Shown: piece after piece, positions 1-11,600 of the stretch | Layout of the letters: each line of letters opens with the position of its first letter | Numbering within the stretch: position 1 is the stretch's first letter | Assembly (NCBI GenBank): GCA_040954595.2 | Contig: CM082584.2 | Location: forward strand, 310,001-374,000 | Reading direction: 5' to 3' | Source of the DNA: Balanoglossus misakiensis | Taxonomy: Eukaryota > Animalia > Hemichordata | Length of the DNA: 64,000 nt | Notes under the pieces: model-generated | The model's input: only the letters and a program-made list of their open reading frames with translations | The model's database searches: none | What the model was told of the DNA's origin: nothing | Made by a program: the position numbers and the translations under genes

Positions 1-60
1 TAAACCTGTCATAAGACAAACCAAATGATTTATATACATGAATATTCAAATGATGTATTC

Positions 61-432
61 CTTGGCTGTATTGACAAACACACTGTCTACATTCTTGAAT
101 ACTAGTGTGTTACGTATTGACAGCCAAGATTATACACATGATGACTGACAATGAGGGCAACATTGTATTTTTGATGATCGAGGGCGCTGCTAGTCACAAC
201 TAAAACAGACTGTTTTGGTGTGACTTGCAGTCCTGAGGTCATCAAAAATACACTGTTGCCCGAATATGTCAGTCATCATGTGTTGTATAACACACCAAAA
301 ACGTAATTATATCAAGACGGGGCAACAGTACTGGGCAGAAACCGATCGAACTGATGCCCTAGGGAACAGTTCGAAATGACTTAGGTCACATGACGAATCA
401 CGATCGAGGGTTCGCTGCATGGTGTGTTATAA
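61..432. mobile_element. Palindromic non-autonomous element (MITE/Crypton-like foldback)
   Basis: Imperfect ~160-bp palindrome at 130-290 (acacatgatgactgaca ... tgtcagtcatcatgtgt, centre aaaacag-a-ctgtttt). A smaller hairpin lies at 61-128 (cttggctgt/acagccaag), and tataacacacc (286) is inverted against ggtgtgttata (421). The family assignment is inference. Confidence 0.45.
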
Positions 433-1949
433 ACTACTTTGTCACACTCCGGGCACGCTGGGAGTGTGGGATCAAAGTGTGTAAACAAATCAATCCCACA
501 CACTCACTGAATCGAAGGCTGTATATGATGTGAGTGCTGATTGGTTGACAAAGTATTCTTTTGCTAACGCACACTAAATGTTATCCAATGGCACGATGTG
601 TAATATAGGGACAGAGACTAAAACATGCCAGATGAAAGTTTCAGAGAAATTTATTCAATGTTTTTAACGAATTTGGATAATTTGTGACTGTGTGAGAAAT
701 AAGAGTTTGAGATTCTATTAGTCACATATATTTGTAATCAAATCTATGTCTGTTGTCATTTTATTAAACTTGGGTCATGGAAATATTATAAAACAAGTAA
801 CAAATGTTTTATTTCAATTGTACATTGTAACAAGGGTGAATATAATTTATTATCTTTTCTGGAATGCTATTCCACACTGTGGGACCAACAAATTCGATTA
901 AAGTCTGACCTAACCGATTGTTATATTTTGGAGGATGATAAATATTGTTATCTCTTGAATGACTGTGATAACCATGTTCTATTAGGAAGTGTGTCAGGAA
1001 CGAAAATAGCAGCCTGTAATTTGAATTGACTGTATATGAGATTAAATTGGATAGCTCGTCTCACGCGCATGCGCGTAACTTCCCAGCAAATTTTCCGTTC
1101 GATGCATTCAAATAGTGGACTGCCTTCGCTTCCTTCCATATTTCATGCGCAGAGTATAGCGTTCGTTAGCAACGTTGATCAAGTCAGATTTCCTACGGCA
1201 TGGCTTGGCTAAAGCCCTGGCACTTTAGAGCAGAAACACGCGTACAGAGACCACGTTGATCTACTCACATTTCCTTCGGCCTGGCACGGCTGATGCCCCG
1301 GCACTATATATAGGACACAGACTGGCGTAAGTTAACAACGGTAATCACGTCGGGTTTCCTACGGCCTGGCTCAGCTGAAGCCCCGGCACTCTAGAGCAGA
1401 AACAGGCGTACATCGACCACGTTGATCAAGTCAGATTTCCTACGGCGTGACTCGGCTGGTGCACCGGCTCTATATGACACAGACTGGCGTAAGTTATCAA
1501 CGGTGATTACGTCGGATTTCCTACGGCCTGGTTTAGCTGAAGCCCCGGCACTTAAGAGCGGAAACACGCGTACATTGACCACAATGATCAAGTCAGATCT
1601 CCTACGGCCTGGCTCGACTAAAACCCCGGCACACCATGACAGACACTAGCGTTCGTTAGCAACGGTGATCAAGTCGGATTTCCTTCGGCCTGGCTCTGCA
1701 AAAGACCCGACACTCTAGTACAAAGACGTTGGCTAAGTCGGGCAAACCGAAGAGGGAAAGTCACAGCGGTTCAACACTTGACATTTGTTCGGGTAGGACT
1801 GCATTATTGCCTGTCAATTTATAGAGAAAGCCCGAATTTAACCAGGGCGTTTCAAACACCGACGTTAGTTGGGGGCACGGCCTGCAGTACTGCCGGGTAA
1901 GCTGACATCGGCGTACCGCATATAATGTAGGGGGGGGGGGGGGAACAGA

Positions 1950-2912
1950 ACGGTTCAATACTACATTTATTAGATATCAGCTAATTTTGGACAATCATCT
2001 AAAATCTAAATCATTTTTTCATATTTGGATATCTGATGATGTATGAAATTTCCATTATATGTAAAAATGGTGCTGATTATAAAAAATGCACTCTGAATGA
2101 GCTGATTTAATACAAAATTGCGTTTTATTCGTTATTGCACCAAAAAGGTCATTTTTAGGCAAAACATTCTTTATTTTTTTTAATTCGGTGACCTGATCAT
2201 ATATAAACAATTGCTTGTATGTTAAAAGTTTTGATGACTTTTCAAAGCAGTGACACTGGCGGCATTCAACACGAAAATAACAATTTTAGCCACAATTTGG
2301 TCAAAATGGTAAATTTTTGAAAATTACAAAAAATACCTGTTTTATACATTTTCGGAAATCTGATGGAGTATAGAATGCTCTTCGTATGTATATATCGATA
2401 CAAATTCCACAAAAGACCGTGTAATTTGGCTCACTGCAGACAAAATTGCGTTTTACCAAATTTTCCTTGAAAATGTCATTTTTAGAAGAAAAAAAAAAAA
2501 AGAAAAAAACCTTTGTTCTTCGAATTTGGTGCCCTGATCATATATGACATGTTGATTGTATGTTAAAACTTTCGACCACTCCAAAAATGCAGAGATATTG
2601 ACGGAATTCAAGAAAAAATAGCCATTTTGGCCATATTTTGACAAAAATGGTAAATTTTTAAAAAATCATAAAAAATTAACTCTTTTTCGGAAATATTATG
2701 GAGCATGAAGTGTCGTTCTCTTGTAAAAAGTGCTGCAAATTCCAGAAAAGGTGGTATAATTTGAATCACCCAAGACAAAATTACCATTTTCGACTTTTTT
2801 TTGAAAAATTGTCTTTTTTACAAAATAAATAAGAATAAATTCTTTTCTTAGTTTCAAACGGGTAGAGATACTTTCCACACGGGTTTTCTAACATTGAATT
2901 CCCGTTCATCAA
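1950..2912. repeat. Representative AT-rich part of the unit: degenerate ~335-bp internal repeat (2-3 copies)
   Basis: attcggtgacctgatcatatat (~2183) matches atttggtgccctgatcatatat (~2524). tttggatatctgatg (~2023), ttcggaaatctgatggag (~2351) and ttcggaaatattatggag (~2686) are spaced ~330-340 bp apart. Confidence 0.8.
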
Positions 2913-4802
2913 CTCAGATTTCCTACAGCATAAGTCGGCTAAAACCCTGACACTCTAGAGCAGAAACAGTTGCACACTGGTAACGTTGAACAAGTCGATT
3001 TTTCTACGGCCTGGCTCGGCTAAATCTCCGTCACAATATTACAGACACTAGCGTACGTTAGCAACGGTGATCAAGTCAGATTTCCTACGGCATGGCTTGG
3101 ATAAAGCCCCGGCACTCTAGAGCAGAAACACGCGTACAGAGACCACGTTGATCTACTCACATTTCCTTCGGCCTGGCACGGCTGATGCCCCGGCACTATA
3201 TATAGGACACAGACTGGCGTAAGTTAACAACGGTAATCACGTCGGGTTTCCTACGGCCTGGCTCAGCTGAAGCCCCGGCACTCTAGAGCAGAAACACGCG
3301 TACATTGACCACGTTGATCAAGTCAGATTTCCTACGGCGTGACTCGGCTGGTGCACCGGCTCTATATGACACAGACTGGCGTAAGTTATCAACGGTGATT
3401 ACGTCGGATTTCCTACGGCCTGGTTTAGCTGAAGCCCCGGCACTTTAGAGCGGAAACACGCGTACATTGACCACGATGATCAAGTCAGATCTCCTACGGC
3501 CTGGCTCGACTAAAACCCCGGCACACCATGACAGACACTAGCGTTCGTTAGCAACGGTGATCAAGTCGGATTTCCTTCGGCCTGGCTCTGCAAAAGACCC
3601 GACACTCTAGTACAAAGACGTTGGCTAAGTCGGGCAAACCGAAGAGGGAAAGTCACAACGGGTCAACACTCGACATTTGTTCGGGTAGGACTGCATTATT
3701 GCCTGTCAATTTATAGAGAAAGCCCGAATTTAACCAGGGCGCTTCAAACACCGACGTTAGTTGGGGGCACGGCCTGCAGTACTGCCGGGTAAGCTCACAT
3801 CGGCGTACCGCATATAATGTAGGGGGGGGGGGGAAACAGAACGGTTCAATACTACATTTATTAGATATCAGCTAATTTTGGACAATCATCTAAAATCTAA
3901 ATCATTTTTTCATATTTGGATATCTGATGATGTATGAAATTTCCATTATATGTAAACATGGTGCTGATTATAAAAAATGCACTCTGAAAGAGCTGATTTA
4001 ATACAAAATTACGTTTTATTCGTTTTTGCACCAAAAAGGTCATTTTTAGGCAAAACATTCTTTATTTTATTAATTCGGTGACCTGATCATATATAAACAA
4101 TTGCTTGTATGTTAAAAGCTTTTATGACTTTTAAAAGCAGTGACACTGGCGGCATTCAACACGAAAATAACAATTTTAGCCACCATTTGGTCAAAATGGT
4201 AAATTTTTGAAAATTACAAAAAATACCTGTTTTCTACATTTTCGGAAATCTGATGGAGTATAGAATGCTCTTCGTATGTATATATCGATACAAATTCCAC
4301 AAAAGACCGTCTAAGTTGGCTCACTGCAGACAAAATTGCGTTTTACCAAATTTTCCTTCAAAATGTCATTTTTAAAAAATAAAATAAAAAAACCTTTGTT
4401 CTTCGAATTTGGTGCCCTGATCATATATGACATGTTAATTGTATGTTAAAACTTTCGACCACTCCAAAAAAGCAGAGATATTGACGGAATTCAAGAAAAA
4501 ATAGCAATTTTGGCCATATTTTGACAAAAATGGTAAATTTTTAAAAAATCATAAAAAATTAACTCTTTTCTTCATTTTCGGAAATATTATGGAGCATGAA
4601 GTGTCGTTCTCTTGTAAAAAGTGCTGCAAATTCAAGAAAAGGCGGTATAATTTAAATCACCCAAGACAAAATTACCATTTTCGACTTTTTTTCGAAAAAT
4701 TGTCTTTTTTACAAAATAAATAAGAATAAATTCTTTTCATAGTTTCAAATGGGTAGAGATACTTTCCACACGGGTTTTCTAACATTGAATTCCCGTTCAT
4801 CA

Positions 4803-5660
4803 ACTCAGATTTCCTACAGCATAAGTCGGCTAAAACCCTGACACTCTAGAGCAGAAACAGTTGCACACTGGTAACGTTGAACAAGTCGATTTTTCTAAGG
4901 CCTGGCTCGGCTAAATCTCCGTCACAATATGACAGACACTAGCGTACGTTAGCAACGGTGATGAAGTCAGATTTTCTACGGCATGGCTTGGATAAAGCCC
5001 CGGCACTCTAAAGCAGAAACACGCGTACAGAGAGCACGTTGATCAAGTCTGATCTCCTACGGCTTGGCTCGACTAAAACCCCGGCACACTATGACAGACA
5101 CTAGCGTTAGTAAGCAACGTTGATCAAGTCAGATTTCCTACGGCATGGCTTGGCTAAAGCCCTGGCACTATAGAGCAGAAACACGCGTACAGAGACCACG
5201 TTGATCTACTCACATTTCCTTCGGCCTGGCACGGCTGATGCCCCGGCACTATATATAGGACACAGACTGGCGTAAGTTAACAACGGTAATCACGTCGGGT
5301 TTCCTACGGCCTGGCTCAGCTGAAGCCCCGGCACTCTAGAGCAGAAACAGGCACACATTGACCACGTTGATCAAGTCAGATTTCCTACGGCGTGACTCGG
5401 CTGGTGCACCGGCTCTATATGACACAGACTGGCGTAAGTTATCAACGGTGATTACGTCGGATTTCCTACGGCCTGGTTTAGCTGAAGCCCCGGCACTTTA
5501 GAGCGGAAACACGCGTACATTGACCACGATGATCAAGTCAGATCTCCTACGGCCTGGCTCGACTAAAACCCCGGCACACCATGACAGACACTAGCGTTCG
5601 TTAGCAACGGTGATCAAGTCGGATTTCCTTCGGCCTGGCTCTGCAAAAGACCCGACACTC
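4803..5660. repeat. Representative 81-bp monomer block inside each macrosatellite unit (A/B alternation, 162-bp dimer)
   Basis: The motif gatcaagtcagatttcctacggc and its variants recur every 81 bp; in unit 1 they fall at 1177, 1258, 1343, 1424, 1505, 1586 and 1667. One monomer is 85 bp because of extra TA. Monomer tails alternate between ctagagcagaaacacgcgtac and tgacagacactagcgttcgttagc. Confidence 0.95.
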
Positions 5661-8600
5661 TAGTACAAAGACGTTGGCTAAGTCGGGCAAACCGAAGAGG
5701 GAAAGTCACAACGGGTCAACACTCGACATTTGTTCGGGTAGGACTGCATTATTGCCTGTCAATTTATAGAGAAAGCCCGAATTTAACCAGGGCGCTTCAA
5801 ACACCGACGTTAGTTGGGGGCACGGCCTGCAGTACTGCCGGGTAAGCTCACATCGGCGTACCGCATATAATGTAGGGGGGGGGGGGGAAACAGAACGGTT
5901 CAATACTACATTTATTAGATATCAGCTAATTTTGGACAATCATCTAAAATCTAAATCATTTTTTCATATTTGGATATCTGATGATGTATGAAATTTCCAT
6001 TATATGTAAACATGGTGCTGATTATAAAAAATGCACTCTGAAAGAGCTGATTTAATACAAAATTACGTTTTATTCGTTTTTGCACCAAAAAGGTCATTTT
6101 TAGGCAAAACATTCTTTATTTTATTAATTCGGTGACCTGATCATATATAAACAATTGCTTGTATGTTAAAAGCTTTTATGACTTTTAAAAGCAGTGACAC
6201 TGGCGGCATTCAACACGAAAATAACAATTTTAGCCACCATTTGGTCAAAATGGTAAATTTTTGAAAATTACAAAAAATACCTGTTTTCTACATTTTCGGA
6301 AATCTGATGGAGTATAGAATGCTCTTCGTATGTATATATCGATACAAATTCCACAAAAGACCGTCTAAGTTGGCTCACTGCAGACAAATTTGCGTTTTAC
6401 CAAATTTTCCTTCAAAATGTCATTTTTAAAAAAAAAAATAAAAAAACCTTTGTTCTTCGAATTTGGTGCCCTGATCATATATGACATGTTAATTGTATGT
6501 TAAAACTTTCGACCACTCCAAAAAAGCAGAGATATTGACGGAATTCAAGAAAAAATAGCAATTTTGGCCATATTTTGACAAAAATGGTAAATTTTTAAAA
6601 AATCATAAAAAATTAACTCTTTTCTTCATTTTCGGAAATATTATGGAGCATGAAGTGTCGTTCTCTTGTAAAAAGTGCTGCAAATTCAAGAAAAGGCGGT
6701 ATAATTTAAATCACCCAAGACAAAATTACCATTTTCGACTTTTTTTCGAAAAATTGTCTTTTTTACAAAATAAATAAGAATAAATTCTTTTCTTAGTTTC
6801 AAACGGGTAGAGATACTTTCCACACGGGTTTTCTAACATTGAATTCCCGTTCATCAACTCAGATTTCCTACAGCATAAGTCGGCTAAAACCCTGACACTC
6901 TAGAGCAGAAACAGTTGCACACTGGTAACGTTGAACAAGTCGATTTTTCTACGGCCTGGCTCGGCTAAATCTCCGTCACAATATGACAGACACTAGCGTA
7001 CGTTAGCAACGGTGATGAAGTCAGATTTTCTACGGCATGGCTTGGATAAAGCCCCGGCACTCTAAAGCAGAAACACGCGTACAGAGAGCACGTTGATCAA
7101 GTCTGATCTCCTACGGCTTGGCTCGACTAAAACCCCGGCACACTATGACAGACACTAGCGTTAGTAAGCAACGTTGATCAAGTCAGATTTCCTACGGCAT
7201 GGCTTGGCTAAAGCCCTGGCACTATAGAGCAGAAACACGCGTACAGAGACCACGTTGATCTACTCACATTTCCTTCGGCCTGGCACGGCTGATGCCCCGG
7301 CACTATATATAGGACACAGACTGGCGTAAGTTAACAACGGTAATCACGTCGGGTTTCCTACGGCCTGGCTCAGCTGAAGCCCCGGCACTCTAGAGCAGAA
7401 ACAGGCACACATTGACCACGTTGATCAAGTCAGATTTCCTACGGCGTGACTCGGCTGGTGCACCGGCTCTATATGACACAGACTGGCGTAAGTTTTCAAC
7501 GGTGATTACGTCGGATTTCCTACGGCCTGGTTTAGCTGAAGCCCCGGCACTTTAGAGCGGAAACACGCGTACATTGACCACGATGATCAAGTCAGATCTC
7601 CTACGGCCTGGCTCGACTAAAACCCCGGCACACCATGACAGACACTAGCGTTCGTTAGCAACGGTGATCAAGTCGGATTTCCTTCGGCCTGGCTCTGCAA
7701 AAGACCCGACACTCTAGTACAAAGACGTTGGCTAAGTCGGGCAAACCGAAGAGGGAAAGTCACAGCGGGTCAACACTCGACATTTGTTCGGGTAGGACTG
7801 CATTATTGCCTGTCAATTTATAGAGAAAGCTCGAATTTAACCAGGGCGTTTCAAACACCGACGTTAGTTGGGGGCACGGCCTGCAGTACTGCCGGGTAAG
7901 CTGACATCGGCGTACCGCATATAATGTAGGGGGGGGGGGGAACAGAACGGTTTAATACTACATTTATCTGTTATCAGCTAATTTTGGACAATCATCTAAA
8001 ATCTAAATCATTTTTTCATATTTGGATATCTGATGATGTATGAAATTTCCATTATATGTAAACATGGTGCTGATTATAAAAAATGCACTCTAATTTAATA
8101 CAAAATTGCGTTTTATTCGTTTTTGCACCAAAAAAGTCATTTTTAGGCAAAGCATTCTTTATTTTTTTAATTCGGTGACCTGATCATATATAAACAATTG
8201 CTTGTATGTTTAAAGTTTTTATGACTTTTAAAAGCAGTGACACTGGCGGCATTCAACACGAAAATAACAATTTTAGCCACAATTTGGTCAAAATGGTAAA
8301 TTTTTGAAAATTACATAAAATACCTGTTTTCTACATTTTCGGAAATCTGATGGAGTATGGAATGCTCTTCGTATGTTAATATCGATACAAATTCCACAAA
8401 AGACCGTCTAATTTGGCTCACTGCAGACAAAATTGCGTTTTACCAAATTTTCCTTGAAAATGTCATTTTTAGAAAAAAAAATAAAAAAACCTTTGTTCTT
8501 CGAATTTGGTGCCCTGATCATATATGACATGTTGATTGTATGTTAAAACTTTCGACCACTCCAAAAAAGCAGAGATATTGACGGAATTCAAGAAAAAATA

Positions 8601-11600
8601 GCAATTTTGGCCATATTTTGACAGAAAATGGTAAATTTTTAAAAAATCATAAAAAATTAACTCTTTTCTTCATTTTCGGAAATATTATGGAGCATGAAGT
8701 GTCGTTCTCTTGTAAAAAGTGCTGCAAATTCAAGAAAAGGCGGTATAATTTAAATCACCCAAGACAAAATTACCATTTTCGACTTTTTTTCGAAAAATTG
8801 TCTTTTTTACAAAATAAATAAGAATAAATTCTTTTCTTAGTTTCAAACGGGTAGAGATACTTTCCACACGGGTTTTCTAACATTGAATTCCCGTTCATCA
8901 ACTCAGATTTCCTACAGCATAAGTCGGCTAAAACCCTGACACTCTAGAGCAGAAACAGTTGTACACTGGTAACGTTGAACAAGTCGATTTTTCTACGGCC
9001 TGGCTCGGCTAAATCTCCGTCACAATATGACAGACACTAGCGTACGTTAGCAACGGTGATGAAGTCAGATTTTCTACGGCATGGCTTGGATAAAGCCCCG
9101 GCACTCTAAAGCAGAAACACGCGTACAGAGAGCACGTTGATCAAGTCTGATCTCCTACGGCTTGGCTCGACTAAAACCCCGGCACACTATGACAGACACT
9201 AGCGTTAGTAAGCAACGTTGATCAAGTCAGATTTCCTACGGCATGGCTTGGCTAAAGCCCTGGCACTATAGAGCAGAAACACGCGTACAGAGACCACGTT
9301 GATCTACTCACATTTCCTTCGGCCTGGCACGGCTGATGCCCCGACACTATATATAGGACAGAGACTGGCGTAAGTTAACAACGGTAATCACGTCGGGTTT
9401 CCTACGGCCTGGCTCAGCTGAAGCCCCGGCACTCTAGAGCAGAAACAGGCATACATTGACCACGTTGATCAATTCAGATTTCCTACGGCGTGACTCGGCT
9501 GGTGCACCGGCTCTATATGACACAGACTGGCGTAAGTTATCAACGGTGATTACGTCGGATGTCCTACGGCCTGGTTTAGCTGAAGCCCCGGCACTTTAGA
9601 GCGGAAACACGCGTACATTGACCACGATGATCAAGTCAGATCTCCTACGGCCTGGCTCGACTAAAACCCTGGCACACCATGACAGACACTAGCGTTCGTT
9701 AGCAACGGTGATCAAGTCGGATTTCCTTCGGCCTGGCTCTGCAAAAGACCCGACACTCTAGTACAAAGACGTTGGCTAAGTCGGGCAAACCGAAGAGGGA
9801 AAGTCACAGCGGGTCAACACTCGACATTTGTTCGGGTAGGACTGCATTATTGCCTTTCAATTTATAGAGAAAGCTCGAATTTAACCAGGGCGTTTCAAAC
9901 ACCGACGTTAGTTGGGGGCACGGCCTGCAGTACTGCCGGGTAAGCTGACATCGGCGTACCGCATATAATGTATGGGGGGGGGGGGACAGAACGGTTTAAT
10001 ACTACATATATCTGTTATCAGCTAATTTTGGACAATCATCTAAAATCTAAATAATTTTTTCATATTTGGATATCTGATGATGTATGAAATTTCCATTATA
10101 TGTAAAAATGGTGCTGATTATAAAAAATGCACTCTAATTTAATACAAAATTGCGTTTTATTCGTTTTTGCACCAAAAAGGTCATTTTTAGGCAAAGCATT
10201 CTTTATTTTTTTAATTCGGTGACCTGATCATATATAAACAATTGCTTGTATGTTTAAAGTTTTTATGACTTTTAAAAGCAGTGACACTGGCGGCATTCAA
10301 CACGAAAATAACAATTTTAGCCACAATTTGGTCAAAATGGTAAATTTTTGAAAATTACAAAAAATACCTGTTTTCTACATTTTCGGAAATCTGATGGAGT
10401 ATAGAATGCTCTTCGTATGTATATATCGATACAAATTCCACAAAAGACCGTCTAATTTGGCTCACTGCAGACAAAATTGCGTTTTACCAAATTTTCCTTG
10501 AAAATGTCATTTTTAGAAAAAAAATAAAAAAACCTTTGTTCTTCGAATTTGGTGCCCTGATCATATATGACATTTTGATTGTATGTTAAAACACTCGACC
10601 ACTCCAAAAAAGCAGAGATATTGACGAAATTCAAGAAAAATAGCAATTTTGGCCATATTTTGACAAAAATGGTAAATTTTTAAAAAATCATAAAAAATTA
10701 ACTCTTTTCTTCATTTTCGGAAATATTATGGAGCATGAAGTGTCGTTCTCTTGTAAAAAGTGCTGCAAATTCAAGAAAAGGCGGTATAATTTAAATCACC
10801 CAAGACAAAATTACCATTTTCGACTTTTTTTCGAAAAATTGTCTTTTTTACAAAATAAATAAGAATAAATTCTTTTCTTAGTTTCAAACGGGTAGAGATA
10901 CTTTCCACACGGGTTTTCTAACATTGAATTCCCGTTCATCAACTCAGATTTCCTACAGCATAAGTCGGCTAAAACCCTGACACTCTAGAGCAGAAACAGT
11001 TGCACACTTGTAACGTTGAACAAGTCGATTTTTCTACGGCCTGGCTCGGCTAAATCTCCGTCACAATATGACAGACACTAGCGTACGTTAGCAACGGTGA
11101 TGAAGTCAGATTTTCTACGGCATGGCTTGGATAAAGCCCCGGCACTCTAAAGCAGAAACACGCGTACAGAGAGCACGTTGATCAAGTCTGATCTCCTACG
11201 GTTTGGCTAGACTAAAACCCCGGCACACTATGACAGACACTAGCGTTAGTAAGCAACGTTGATCAAGTCAGATTTCCTACGGCATGGCTTGGCTAAAGCC
11301 CTGGCACTATAGAGCAGAAACACGCGTACAGAGACCACGTTGATCTACTCACATTTCCTTCGGCCTGGCACGGCTGATGCCCCGGCTCTATATATAGGAC
11401 ACAGACTGGCGTAAGTTAACAACGGTAATCACGTCGGGTTTCCTACGGCCTGGCTCAGCTGAAGCCCCGGCACTCTAGAGCAGAAACAGGCATACATTGA
11501 CCACGTTGATCAAGTCAGATTTCCTACGGCGTGACTCGGCTGGTGCACCGGCTCTATATGACACAGACTGGCGTAAGTTATCAACAGTGATTACGTCGGA

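Noticed and set aside
1416-1510. Short words resembling 5S rRNA (cctacggcc, accacgttga) and U2 snRNA (ttggctaa, gatcaagt)
   Set aside because: The words are not collinear with those RNAs, and there is no 5S box C or U2 branch-pairing region, so these are chance matches.
1422-1649. 81-bp monomer read as a 27-aa repeat protein (IKSDFLRPG..APAL)
   Set aside because: There is an in-frame TAG in most A monomers and a frameshifting 85-bp monomer; the ORFs are short and inconsistent between units.
1177-1700. CRISPR-like look of a conserved gatcaagtcagatttcctacggc motif with variable intervening sequence
   Set aside because: The intervening segments are homologous to each other and repeat in every unit. 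There are no cas genes and the context is eukaryotic.
2453-2878. Recurrent short ORFs in the AT-rich satellite part (MSKYGQ..., MESISTR...)
   Set aside because: They open and close with homopolymer length changes, show F/K bias, and are not conserved as ORFs across units.
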